A DNA stretch of 36,202 nucleotides, taken from positions 1-36,202 of the forward strand of contig JAQWIO010000084.1 of the NCBI GenBank assembly GCA_029248845.1. The letters are read 5' to 3'. This document shows, piece after piece, positions 9,400 to 19,170 of this stretch; the stretch's first letter is position 1; each line of letters begins with the position of its first letter. The DNA is from Polaribacter sp. Lineage in GTDB: Bacteria; Bacteroidota; Bacteroidia; Flavobacteriales; Flavobacteriaceae. The notes under the pieces are model-generated. The model searched no databases. It was not told where the DNA came from and worked only from the letters and a program-made list of their open reading frames with translations. Position numbers and translations under genes: made by a program.

Positions 9400-10530
9400 T
9401 TAATTTCCAATGACCGAACTTAATTGAAATATTGGCAAGTACATAGCAATTAAAATAATTGCTACAATAGCGCCTAGAAATACAATAATTAAAGGTTCTA
9501 TCGTGGCAGAAATCACATTAGATTGGTATTCGATTTCTTCATTGTATTGCTCTGTGAGTCTTTGAAAAATGGTTTCATTTTGGTTAGTTTCATCAGCTAC
9601 TTTTATAAGCGATACCATTTTTTTATCAAAAATATTATAGGTACTCATACTTTGATGTAAACTTTTTCCCTGTAAGATATCCTGTTCAATTTTTTCCAAT
9701 GCTATTTCTAAAGGATAATAGCCAATCATTTTTTTTGTTAATTGGATTCCATTTAGAAGCGGTACTTTAGCCCCTGTTAACAGCGTGATTGCTTGTGTAA
9801 ATTGAGCTATTTTTACTTTTCTAATAAAGGGTCCAACCAAGGGTATTTTAAGTAACACACTTGTGGTTATTTTTTGATACCAAATCTTCTTTTTACACAA
9901 CTGAACAAAAAGAAAGATTCCAACAACAATTACAAAAGACAAGTACCAATATTCTTGAAAAAAAGTAGATGCCGATAGTATTTTTTTAGTAATCCAAGGA
10001 AGGGCTACCTTGTTTTGTTTAAAAATATCTGCAAACATGGGTACGACAAATTGCAACATAAATAACAGGGCTAGAAAGGCAGTTAACAAAACAACAATAG
10101 GGTAGGACAGTGCACTTAAAATGATTCTCCGTTGTTTGTTTTTTCGTTTGTAAAAAGCACCCAATTCTTTCGTTACATTTTGTAGGGTTCCTGTTTGTTC
10201 TCCTATTTTTAACGAATGGTATTCGTAGGCAGAAAATTCTTTGTTTCCTTTTATGGCATTCGAAAAGTTTTTACCATTGATCAAATCGGTAACAATTTGG
10301 TTAATAAGGGTTTTGTTTTGTAGCTTTTTTTGTTCCTCTCCAATCAATACTAAGGCATCTTTTAAGGGTAAACCTGCATGTAACAGGACGTATAATTCTG
10401 TATAAAAAGCCTCCTTTTTTTTTGTTGAAAAAGAAGTGCCAAACCTAATTTCTTTTTTGAATAACGTATTCATATCAAAAGAAGAAGGTTGTTTTTCTTT
10501 AGGTTGTATGTTTTTTAATTGAAATGCCAT
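9400..10530 (-). CDS. gspF: Type II secretion system F family / PilC inner-membrane platform protein
   Basis: Two T2SSF repeats (LLHAGLPLKDAL..GEQTGTL; LLTGAKVPLLNGI..VADET), ALSYP, FVVPMFADIF, IEPLIIVFLG..AMYLPIF. Confidence 0.93.
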   Translation of the reverse strand: MAFQLKNIQPKEKQPSSFDMNTLFKKEIRFGTSFSTKKKEAFYTELYVLLHAGLPLKDALVLIGEEQKKLQNKTLINQIVTDLINGKNFSNAIKGNKEFSAYEYHSLKIGEQTGTLQNVTKELGAFYKRKNKQRRIILSALSYPIVVLLTAFLALLFMLQFVVPMFADIFKQNKVALPWITKKILSASTFFQEYWYLSFVIVVGIFLFVQLCKKKIWYQKITTSVLLKIPLVGPFIRKVKIAQFTQAITLLTGAKVPLLNGIQLTKKMIGYYPLEIALEKIEQDILQGKSLHQSMSTYNIFDKKMVSLIKVADETNQNETIFQRLTEQYNEEIEYQSNVISATIEPLIIVFLGAIVAIILIAMYLPIFQLSSVIGN

Positions 10531-10547
10531 GGTACTGTTTGTAACAA

Positions 10548-11018
10548 TTAGTTATTAGGATTGTTTAGATAATGCGCTGCATCTTTTATTTGCTGTATAA
10601 AGAGCTGTTTGTTTGAAAATTCCTCTGATAAATTGATTTCTATTGCATCTATACATTTACCTTTTGTTTCAAGGCCTTCTAAAAATAATTTTTTAGTCAT
10701 TATTTTAATAGGGAAAGTGTCTTTTTCTCTGATGATAAAATCATCTAAAAAAGTATATGAAATGCTGTTTTCTGAATTTTTTAGAGATATTCTATTTTTT
10801 TGCTCATCATAGTAGGCATTGCGGGCATTAAAATCTCTTATAAAAGTTGCTTCAAAAAATTGTACTGCTGTTTTTTGATGATAGGTATTTTGAATGATAC
10901 GCACTTGTTTTTTTAGCATACTCAGTACTAGAACCCCCATAGCAATAACGATACTCGCTACGACTGTTACAACAATCATTTCACCCAATGTAAAGGCTTT
11001 TAGTTTGGTTTTACTCAT
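10548..11018 (-). CDS. Minor pseudopilin, GspJ/PilW-like
   Basis: Class III signal KLKA|FTLGEMIV with F+1, E+5 and a hydrophobic helix. Confidence 0.75.
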   Translation of the reverse strand: MSKTKLKAFTLGEMIVVTVVASIVIAMGVLVLSMLKKQVRIIQNTYHQKTAVQFFEATFIRDFNARNAYYDEQKNRISLKNSENSISYTFLDDFIIREKDTFPIKIMTKKLFLEGLETKGKCIDAIEINLSEEFSNKQLFIQQIKDAAHYLNNPNN

Positions 11019-11367
11019 AGGGAATGGCTATGATTCTTTTGTTGCTGCTTTTTTTTGTGATCATGTGTGTTATTGAAAAATCAAGATATTTTATCTTGTT
11101 ATGCGTGTTGTTTACAACACGAATTAAAAAATCTTTCTCGGTAAAAGAAATTGGAACTTTTAATTGCTTGTTTTTGTATCGATAAATGAGTTTTTCAATG
11201 CGCGTTTCTAGAGCAGCGGTATCTTTTTTTATAGAACTCATCATGATATTATGTATGGTTATCAGAGCAATTCCAAAAACAACAAGTAAAATAGTGGTGG
11301 CTACGATAACCTCTGTTAATGAGGAAGCTTTCAGCCTGAGATGTATTCTTTTTTTTAGTTCAACCAT
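11011..11367 (-). CDS. Minor pseudopilin, GspI/PilV-like
   Basis: RLKA|SSLTEVIVA with E+5 and a hydrophobic helix; small; overlaps both neighbours. Confidence 0.7.
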   Translation of the reverse strand: MVELKKRIHLRLKASSLTEVIVATTILLVVFGIALITIHNIMMSSIKKDTAALETRIEKLIYRYKNKQLKVPISFTEKDFLIRVVNNTHNKIKYLDFSITHMITKKSSNKRIIAIPYE

Positions 11368-12626
11368 TTTGCCACTGAATTTGATTCGTTTTCTATGAGG
11401 AGTCCTACATATTGAATGGGTAACTTTTTAGCATTGATGATTGCGTTGTACAAATGGTTGACATATACTCCTCCTGATTTTTTTACGATAAAATGATTAG
11501 TATACACACTTCCAAAAACACTTCCTTGTAGTGCTAAGTTTTTTGCGCAGTAGACCTCTCCTTGAACGACTGCCGAATCATCAATTTGTATCTGTGTTTT
11601 ATAACTAGAGGTGTTGTTGTCAGAGCAATATACGACCATTCCTTTTACGAGGGTATTTTTAGAAATATGAATTTCTTCCCTCTCTTGTTCATCTCGACTC
11701 AAAGCTTGTAAAGAATGATCGTTTTCATTCAAAAGAATCAACGCAGTAGGATAGTGTAAGGTGCAGCCAGAGGCTACTTCAATTGATTTTTTTGCGATTG
11801 CTTGAAAATTTCCTGTGGTGTTTTTTTCAATCCTAATTTTGGGTGCGATTAAAATAATATCTTCTAAATTTGCTGAAGCCTCTACGACAATTGCAGTTTT
11901 AGAACTCACAACAATGTTTCCACTTAAAGATATATTTTTTAAAAGGATGGGTTTGTTAGCAGCATACAACCCTGTGTTTTTTGTAAAAGATTGGTGTAAT
12001 TTTACCCCATCCTCTAGTTCCATATTTTTTATTTTATCGGTAACATGATTTTGATAAAAGTCTTTTACAAATTCAATATTTTGAATCTGAGGTAAAGATC
12101 TGGTACTCGCTTTTCTTGTGCTGTTAATCAATGGGTCTCCATAAAATGAAACCCCTGCAATGTTTCCACTTTTAACTCCTTGTTTAGGAAGAGAAACCGC
12201 TCCTGTAATTTTTGTTTTTCCAACCAAAACCAACGCATTGTTATTGTCTTTTAAATACAATGCATCTCTTTGTGATTTTTGAACCCCCAATAACCCTATT
12301 TTTTGAAAGAATTCATTGCCTACTTTTGAATTCCCAATGGCCAGATCAAAAATTCCCCAATGTTTTTTTATGAGGGTTGTTACTGCTGTTTCGTTATCGT
12401 AAAAATGTATAGGAGTTTTAAGATTGTAGCGGACTTTTTGTTGTTTCAGAGACTCAAAACTTAATTGAACAGCAGCAATGACCTCTTTTGTAAATTGATG
12501 CTTGATATTCATCCTTTGTTGTAAATACACCAAGGATATAAAAGCAACAATAATGATAGCGATGATGACCGAAATCACCAAAACATACTGTAACGCACCT
12601 GCTTTTATTTTCTTTAAAAAAGTCAT
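11355..12626 (-). CDS. Large minor pseudopilin, GspK/PilX-like, with predicted beta-helical C-terminal domain
   Basis: KIKA|GALQYVLVISVIIA (no E+5, as in GspK/PilX); large; short repeating beta-strand/Gly pattern toward the C-terminus. Confidence 0.65.
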   Translation of the reverse strand: MTFLKKIKAGALQYVLVISVIIAIIIVAFISLVYLQQRMNIKHQFTKEVIAAVQLSFESLKQQKVRYNLKTPIHFYDNETAVTTLIKKHWGIFDLAIGNSKVGNEFFQKIGLLGVQKSQRDALYLKDNNNALVLVGKTKITGAVSLPKQGVKSGNIAGVSFYGDPLINSTRKASTRSLPQIQNIEFVKDFYQNHVTDKIKNMELEDGVKLHQSFTKNTGLYAANKPILLKNISLSGNIVVSSKTAIVVEASANLEDIILIAPKIRIEKNTTGNFQAIAKKSIEVASGCTLHYPTALILLNENDHSLQALSRDEQEREEIHISKNTLVKGMVVYCSDNNTSSYKTQIQIDDSAVVQGEVYCAKNLALQGSVFGSVYTNHFIVKKSGGVYVNHLYNAIINAKKLPIQYVGLLIENESNSVAKWLN

Positions 12627-12627
12627 T

Positions 12628-13083
12628 TTATTGCTTTTTGATTTTCTTTAGCTCATTTTTAAATTTCACAGAGATCTCATTTTCGGTGGCTTTGATCAAT
12701 TGAACTCCTTGAAGCACTTGTTTTATTTTTACAATATCTTGTTTTCCATTGATTGTTAAAATATAGGACTTTTCCTTGTTTCCTTCCACACTTCCATTGT
12801 ATTGAATATCTGGAAATACTGTGGTTGTATTTTTAGAAACGATCGTTTTTTTTCGAATTGTTTTCTTTGTTGGGAATTTGCCTAAAAACGGATCTCTATA
12901 GGCTTGGTTTACAGTATAGAAAGCATGTTTATCGGTCTTTTGTTCCTGAAAGTGAGTTTGTATATTTTCGGTCTTTACTTTTGGAGTAGGAGGATGCATT
13001 CGCGTATAAATTTGATAGCCAATCATTCCCCAAATGATCAAAACAATTCCTAAGAGACCATATGTTTTTTGTTGTTTATTCAG
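12628..13083 (-). CDS. Single-pass membrane protein of the secretion cluster (GspC/PilP positional equivalent); probable CTG start at 13083 (ORF track starts at TTG 13041)
   Basis: N-terminal TM helix, RDPF motif as in PilP, C-terminal beta domain; frame is open upstream to CTG-NKQQKTYGLLGIVL. Confidence 0.6.
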   Translation of the reverse strand: MNKQQKTYGLLGIVLIIWGMIGYQIYTRMHPPTPKVKTENIQTHFQEQKTDKHAFYTVNQAYRDPFLGKFPTKKTIRKKTIVSKNTTTVFPDIQYNGSVEGNKEKSYILTINGKQDIVKIKQVLQGVQLIKATENEISVKFKNELKKIKKQ

Positions 13084-13115
13084 AACGGTATATTATTTAA
13101 GTAGGATTCGGTTCT

Positions 13116-14525
13116 TTAGAGTAAAAAGGGGGTCACTTCTTCAATAGAAGTAATTCCTTCTTTTACCAACTGAATCATATTTGTTTTTAAGGTTGCTATA
13201 TGATGTGTTTTCAAATAGTCATTGATTTCTAATTCATTGTTTTTGATGTTTGTAACCAATTCTTCGGTAATTGGAATAATTTCATATACTGCTTTTCGTC
13301 CTTGGTAACCTGTTTGATAACAGCTGGGACACCCTACTGCTTCAAAATGTGTATCAATTTTTTCCATTTCTTTTAGAGGTTCTATATTCATACCTAAAGA
13401 GGTCTGCAACCTCTTGCAGTTGTTACAGAGTTTTCGTATCAAACGTTGCGCTACACTTATGTGTAAAGTACTCGCAATTAAAAAGGAAGGAATACCCATA
13501 TCGATCAAACGAGACACCGTTGCCCAAGCCGAATTGGTGTGAATGGTCGATAAGACCAAATGCCCTGTCAAAGAGGCTCTAATAGCCATGTTAGCCGTGG
13601 CTACATCTCTGATTTCTCCTACCATAATAATATCTGGATCTTGCCGTAAAAAAGTACGCAAGGTACTTGCAAAATCTAATCCAATATTTTGTTTCAATTG
13701 CACTTGATTGATCCCTTTTAAGGTGTATTCAATAGGGTCTTCTATGGTTAATATATTGGTAGATGCATGGTTTAATAATTGTAAAGTTGCATATAGTGTG
13801 GTGGTTTTTCCAGAACCTGTAGGTCCTGAAATGAGTACAATTCCATTGGGTTTTTGAACTGCTTTTTTATAGGTTTTTAGTTCTTGTTTTGTAAACCCTA
13901 AATTGTCTAAAGAAACATAGAAGTTGCTTTTCGATAAAATACGTAAGACTAATTTTTCGCCATATAGGGTGGGTAGAGAAGAGACGCGAATATCAAAATC
14001 TTCGGTTTCCGTAGTGAGATGAATTCTTCCGTCTTGTGGCAATCTTTTTTCAGAGATATCCAAACTTGCCATGATTTTTATCCGATTGATCATTTTTGGA
14101 TATGATTCCAAAGAAATTACATATTTCTCCATCAATTTTCCATCGATGCGTAAACGAACTCTTGCTTGTTTTTCAAATATTTCAAAATGTATGTCACTAC
14201 TGCCAATTTCTTTGGCTTCATAGATGATATTCAGCAAAAAATCTTCTGAGTAGTTGAGCGATTTTCCGCCCTGATTGAGGGCTCTTTTTCGATAGTTAGT
14301 TTCTAAGTATTTTTGGAGAATATCTGTGGTTTCTTTTTCTAAAAGAATCTTTTGTCCTAAAACCACAGTGAGTTCTTGGCATAATTCATTGATGGGTTCT
14401 ATATCTGTTTTAAAAATCCATTGGTTGTCATTTTTAGCCACAGGAATAATTCGGTACTGATACGCTTGCTCACTTGAAATCAGTTGAACCAGTTCTGTAG
14501 CAATATCAAATTCTTGTTTTTCCAT
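13116..14525 (-). CDS. gspE: GspE/PilB secretion ATPase
   Basis: SDIHFE, RLPQDG, Walker A GPTGSGKTTT, TIEDPIEY, LRQDPDIIMVGEIRD, TGHLVLSTIHTN, CxxC..CxxC. Confidence 0.96.
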   Translation of the reverse strand: MEKQEFDIATELVQLISSEQAYQYRIIPVAKNDNQWIFKTDIEPINELCQELTVVLGQKILLEKETTDILQKYLETNYRKRALNQGGKSLNYSEDFLLNIIYEAKEIGSSDIHFEIFEKQARVRLRIDGKLMEKYVISLESYPKMINRIKIMASLDISEKRLPQDGRIHLTTETEDFDIRVSSLPTLYGEKLVLRILSKSNFYVSLDNLGFTKQELKTYKKAVQKPNGIVLISGPTGSGKTTTLYATLQLLNHASTNILTIEDPIEYTLKGINQVQLKQNIGLDFASTLRTFLRQDPDIIMVGEIRDVATANMAIRASLTGHLVLSTIHTNSAWATVSRLIDMGIPSFLIASTLHISVAQRLIRKLCNNCKRLQTSLGMNIEPLKEMEKIDTHFEAVGCPSCYQTGYQGRKAVYEIIPITEELVTNIKNNELEINDYLKTHHIATLKTNMIQLVKEGITSIEEVTPFLL

Positions 14526-14526
14526 G

Positions 14527-15009
14527 TTATATCGTGTATAATTCTATTTTAGGGAATAATTTATTTGCCACAAGAACCAGTATTAAAAAAAGACTTTGCA
14601 ATCCTGCCAGAGGAACTGTTTTATTGTTAAGCCTTCTTTTTACCAGGATAAAAACAAGTAGTGAAAAGAGTAATGAAAAAATAAAAACCATCAAAAAAGA
14701 TAAGATGGGTAAACTCACCGCCAATAAGATAAAAAAGAGCAAGTCTCCCATGCCAAATACTTCAAAAATGTTGTTTTGAAGTATTATTTTTGCATACAAA
14801 CATAGCACTCCAAAAATAAGAGCTATAACAGTAATATTCATAAGGATAGAAGCAATGAACACCTTTTGATTTTGTTGTAAAAAATGAAGTATTCCCCCTA
14901 AAAATAGCCCAGCAATTAGAATCCATACAGAGATTTTTCGCTCTTTAATATCCTGGTAAAAAAGCATTGTTAAAGTTGTGATGAATAAAATTTCTATGTA
15001 TAGATTCAT
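14527..15009 (-). CDS. Short prepilin peptidase (family A24)
   Basis: Polytopic membrane protein with QDIKERKIS and GMGD catalytic aspartate motifs and C-terminal VPLAG; no N-terminal Cys/Zn domain. Confidence 0.75.
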   Translation of the reverse strand: MNLYIEILFITTLTMLFYQDIKERKISVWILIAGLFLGGILHFLQQNQKVFIASILMNITVIALIFGVLCLYAKIILQNNIFEVFGMGDLLFFILLAVSLPILSFLMVFIFSLLFSLLVFILVKRRLNNKTVPLAGLQSLFLILVLVANKLFPKIELYTI

Positions 15010-15032
15010 TTAATTTAAAAGTATTTTTAGAT

Positions 15033-15554
15033 CTAATCTTGTTGTTCTAATTTTTGTAAGTAAAATAGCCCTGTCAACTCTTCTTTATTCCTACGGTAAT
15101 TTCTTTTCTTTTCAAAATTAACCGAGGTTAGTGTTCCTAGCTGCTGTCTTTCTATATAATTTGTTAGTTTTAATAATGCGATAAAACTTCCTTTAATTTT
15201 AAAAGAGTAGGTGAGTAATTTTGTCTGGTTCATAATAGTTTGATGTGGTTCATTAAAAGAAATCACTTCCATTGAACACTCTTTTTTAAACACATTTAAT
15301 TTGTTGAATAGTAATTGTTGAAAAGAGTTTTTAATAGACAATTCTTTTTGCTGTAAAACAGCATCTAAATGCTTGTTTTTTTGTTGCAGATTAAAAATTT
15401 GTGTCTTCGCATTAGCCATCAATTCCTTTTCTTTTTGTAGCATGGTTAATTTTGTTTTTAAATCAATGGTTTTCTGTATTGAAAAGACATAGGAAATGAG
15501 AAATAGCATCAAAAACCCAACGATCAAAGTTATATTCTTTTGTTTGTCAGTCAT
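15033..15554 (-). CDS. GspM/PilO-like alignment protein
   Basis: N-terminal TM, coiled coil, KGSFIALLKLTNYIE ferredoxin-like motif; position in operon. Confidence 0.6.
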   Translation of the reverse strand: MTDKQKNITLIVGFLMLFLISYVFSIQKTIDLKTKLTMLQKEKELMANAKTQIFNLQQKNKHLDAVLQQKELSIKNSFQQLLFNKLNVFKKECSMEVISFNEPHQTIMNQTKLLTYSFKIKGSFIALLKLTNYIERQQLGTLTSVNFEKKRNYRRNKEELTGLFYLQKLEQQD

Positions 15555-16719
15555 GAGTGGTTATTATAAATTTAAATACAGCAATACGGGTTGTTTTTTT
15601 CCCTTTTCCATATGCATGTATGGAAATATTTTTAACCCATTTTTTTTGTTCCAAAAGAGAAATCCAATTTGAAAAATCCTCATTTTCTTTTGAAATCCCT
15701 TTAACTATAATTTGATTTTTTTTAAAAGAGATTGGGTTGTCTTTTTTTTGAATACCTACTATTGGTTGATAATAAAATTGTGATAGTAAAATAGTTTGGG
15801 GGGTTGAAATTCCCAGCTCATCTATATAGAGAGAAAGCTTTGAATTGGATGCCGATTGCACACTTGCTACCAAATGTTTCTTTTGTGTAACTTCTTCTTG
15901 TAATTTATGGAGTTGATTTTTATAAGTTTCACTCAGTTGAAGTTCTCCAGTTATCGTATTCACCCTATTTCTATAAGAACTAAAAAAGAAAAAATTTATC
16001 AATAGCAATCCTAAGAAAAAGCTTAATCCAGTTTGTAAGCTCAGGTTAAAAAAACGTTTATGGAAATAGCGTTTTTTTAATTCTGTATGGCGGATACTAG
16101 CCTTATTTTTGGTATAATAACAAATAATCCCGGCTAAGGGTAAAATTTCTGTATCGGCCACTTGTAAGTCATTGATGCTATAATTTTTACCAGAAGAACT
16201 TGCTTTTTCAATACTACAAATAGCCTTGGTGTCAAATTTAACTGCTGCATTGGAGGAAAACAATGTTTTATTCTCTACAAAAGGTTGTAAATTCTGTAGG
16301 ACTAAATTCCCTAATGAAAAATCGATGACAGAAATCCCTTTTTGTTGGTAGGTGTTTATCACCTTATCAATATGTTTTTTTCTAGCAATACAAACAAAAG
16401 AGTGATCTGTGTTTTGATATACCTCATAATAGAAATCTGTTAGAGTAATTGTTGGAAAGGCATTTCGAATCAATACTTTTTCATTGTTACTAATACTTGC
16501 TACTTTTTTCGACAAAATTTGCGCATCATTGAGAATTAGAAAAAGATGTTTTTGACCCTTTAATTCTTCAAGGAGAATATCAAAACGATCTGTTTGCTTG
16601 TTTTTTGAAATGACAAACTCATGCTTCTTTTTTCTGAGTTGTAGGAGGTTAAAAACTCCTTTTTCAGCATGTTCAATAGCTGTATATATTTTGCCATATT
16701 TAAGTATTTGCCGAATCAT
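15547..16719 (-). CDS. GspL-like / PilM-PilN fusion-like protein
   Basis: Cytoplasmic N-domain, single TM near residue 230-245, coiled coil, PilN-like C-domain (IIVKGIS..FSNWISLLE). Confidence 0.6.
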   Translation of the reverse strand: MIRQILKYGKIYTAIEHAEKGVFNLLQLRKKKHEFVISKNKQTDRFDILLEELKGQKHLFLILNDAQILSKKVASISNNEKVLIRNAFPTITLTDFYYEVYQNTDHSFVCIARKKHIDKVINTYQQKGISVIDFSLGNLVLQNLQPFVENKTLFSSNAAVKFDTKAICSIEKASSSGKNYSINDLQVADTEILPLAGIICYYTKNKASIRHTELKKRYFHKRFFNLSLQTGLSFFLGLLLINFFFFSSYRNRVNTITGELQLSETYKNQLHKLQEEVTQKKHLVASVQSASNSKLSLYIDELGISTPQTILLSQFYYQPIVGIQKKDNPISFKKNQIIVKGISKENEDFSNWISLLEQKKWVKNISIHAYGKGKKTTRIAVFKFIITTHD

Positions 16720-18797
16720 TAATCAATGATGGTTGATTTAATTAATACGGATAACTTGCTCTTTGAGGTGGTTCTGGTACGTTTGCTGAAGAACCATTTA
16801 ATAATCGGGATTCTTGCTAAAAATGGAACTCCTGAGCCAGTATTGTTTTTAGATGTTTCTTCAATTCCTCCCAAAATAACCACATCTTTATTATTGACTC
16901 TTATCGTAGAAGTAAATTCTCTTGAATTAATTCCAGGAGGGGCTTCAGGATCAATACGTTCTCCATTAAAATCAGATTGTAACACATTAATGTTTAGTGT
17001 AATGTTTCCGTCTCCAGAAACTAAAGGACGAATCCCAATAGACAAATCTGCATCAATAGGAAAGTAATTCTTTATTTCTGTAGTTTGAGGATTTTGAGAC
17101 CCAATTACATCTTTTCTCGTAACGGTATAGTAAGATCGTTCTCCTCTAGATAAGGTGGCTTGATGACTATTTAAAGTAGACAGTTTAGGAGTAGATCGTA
17201 TTTGAATAGTTCCGTTGGTTTCTAATGCTTTGATTTTTGCATAAAAATTAGGAACTACTTTTCCGATATTTAACGATCCAAAGCCATTAAATCCTCCTAT
17301 AATTTTATTAATGCTGGTAGCCCCTAGTGTCAAATTAGTTCCAGAGAAAATCGAACCATTATCCGTCGTTGGGGTTTCTCCAATTCCCAAATCCAAGCCT
17401 GAAGAGACTAAATTGGAATTGGATACTTCAAGAATCATTACTTCAATTAAAATGATAGGAATTGGTTTGTCTATTGTTTTTAAGAAATTTTTAAAAGCTT
17501 CTATTTTTTGAGCATTGCCATTAACTAAAAAAGCATTTTGCTCTACATCAGTGGTAATTTCTAATCCTTCTGTAATCCTTTTTGGAATTAAATCTAAAAT
17601 GGCCTCTGATTTATTAGAGTAGCCCTGAAATGTACTTCTGTTATTTAGAGTTGAATTGTTATGATTGGTAGAATTATTAAAATTGCCAGTTCCTTGATTA
17701 AAGCTATTATTATAATTTCGATTCTCGTTTGAAGAACTAAAAACTGAATTTCTGTTACTTTGAATTGAAGAGTTCATAATCTCAATAGAACGATGTAGTA
17801 ATGGAATCGCAACTGAACTGTTTAAAGAAGATTGTTCCTCCTCTCCAAAATAGTAAATATTGTTAATTTTTTTATAGCTAAATGCAGTGTTTTCTAAAAT
17901 GTTAGTTAGTAAAACATCATAGGGGATGCCTGTTGCTTTTACAGTCGCTTTTCCAGCATCGGAAAGCGGACTACTGGTGAACATATTGATACTTAGATCA
18001 TGTCCTATGTCTTTTATAATCGATGCGATGGAAACATTTTCAAAATCTACATCTACGAGTTGTTTTATGGTATCTTGAATTTTAAAGTAAAAATTAGAAT
18101 TTCTGTATCGTGCTGGTTTTTGTCTTCTAGTATCTGTAATTCCTTTTTGATTTGGAGCACTAGCACTCTCAAACAGATAATAATTATCTTTTGTTTTTGT
18201 CACCGATAAATTATTGGCAAATGCAATTTTATCAATGGCGCTCTCAAATGTTTTGTCTTTGATGTAAGAGGATATTTTTTGATTTTCAATTCCCGGAGAA
18301 AAGACTAAGTTTTTACCCGTAACATGGGTAATTTTTTTAAAAGCAACAAACAAGGTGTCGTTAAGTAAATCTACAGAAAAAAGATCTTTTTCCTGATCAT
18401 ATTTCGCGCTAATATTTCTTGTAATAAATGGTTTTGTATATCGCTTAAAGCTTATAATTGAACCTAAAACATCCAGAGTAAGATGGTATTCTTTACACAA
18501 ATATAAAAAGACATTTTGTACGATGGCATTAGAGAAATTTTGAGATACTTTTATTTGGTTTAAATCTGAAGTAATACTTACATTTAACTCTTGCTCAGCA
18601 GCAATAGCTCTTATAAATATAGGGAGCTCCGTATCGTTTAAACTAAAATCAATTTTTTTAGTTAGTCCTGGAACACTTGTTGATAAAAGTTCTAGTTTTT
18701 TTTCAATTTTTTGAATTCGATTGTCTTCTATTTGTCCAAAAGTCAGTGGAGAAAAATAGATTGCAAAGAATATAAGAGGAATATATTTTTTAAGCAC
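16719..18797 (-). CDS. gspD: Secretin GspD/PilQ
   Basis: GTG start, signal peptide; LKTIDKPIPIILIEVMILEV, STPKLSTLN, VILGGI..GVPFLARIPIIKWFF secretin signature. Confidence 0.93.
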   Translation of the reverse strand: MLKKYIPLIFFAIYFSPLTFGQIEDNRIQKIEKKLELLSTSVPGLTKKIDFSLNDTELPIFIRAIAAEQELNVSITSDLNQIKVSQNFSNAIVQNVFLYLCKEYHLTLDVLGSIISFKRYTKPFITRNISAKYDQEKDLFSVDLLNDTLFVAFKKITHVTGKNLVFSPGIENQKISSYIKDKTFESAIDKIAFANNLSVTKTKDNYYLFESASAPNQKGITDTRRQKPARYRNSNFYFKIQDTIKQLVDVDFENVSIASIIKDIGHDLSINMFTSSPLSDAGKATVKATGIPYDVLLTNILENTAFSYKKINNIYYFGEEEQSSLNSSVAIPLLHRSIEIMNSSIQSNRNSVFSSSNENRNYNNSFNQGTGNFNNSTNHNNSTLNNRSTFQGYSNKSEAILDLIPKRITEGLEITTDVEQNAFLVNGNAQKIEAFKNFLKTIDKPIPIILIEVMILEVSNSNLVSSGLDLGIGETPTTDNGSIFSGTNLTLGATSINKIIGGFNGFGSLNIGKVVPNFYAKIKALETNGTIQIRSTPKLSTLNSHQATLSRGERSYYTVTRKDVIGSQNPQTTEIKNYFPIDADLSIGIRPLVSGDGNITLNINVLQSDFNGERIDPEAPPGINSREFTSTIRVNNKDVVILGGIEETSKNNTGSGVPFLARIPIIKWFFSKRTRTTSKSKLSVLIKSTIID

Positions 18798-18816
18798 AAT
18801 TTTTTTTTAATAGGGG

Positions 18817-19170
18817 TTATTTAACAGAAAAACTATTGGTAGAATAGTCTGTAGAGAAATTAGAATTCATTGCTTTTACACGCCATTGGTACTCTCCAAC
18901 CTCTAAATCTGTTGAAATGATGGTACCTGTTGTTATAGAATCTATTAAAATTTGGCTGGCATTATCAAAGTTCGGATGGGCTAATTGAATTTCGTATTCA
19001 GTAGCCTCCAACACTTTTTTCCAATTAAACTGGATGGTCCCATTTGTTACTTCGGAAGTATCTGTTGGAGCCAACAAAACAACCTTTTTTTCAGAAATAT
19101 TTTCTATGAAAATAGCTTCACAATTACATAGCAAAATCGTGATAGTAACAAATAGCAATTTCTTTTTCAT
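18817..19170 (-). CDS. Small fibronectin type III-like lipoprotein, first gene of the secretion operon
   Basis: Lipobox-like ILLCNC; LLAP..FNW..ATEYEIQ..GEYQWRVKAMN FN3 pattern. Confidence 0.7.
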   Translation of the reverse strand: MKKKLLFVTITILLCNCEAIFIENISEKKVVLLAPTDTSEVTNGTIQFNWKKVLEATEYEIQLAHPNFDNASQILIDSITTGTIISTDLEVGEYQWRVKAMNSNFSTDYSTNSFSVK

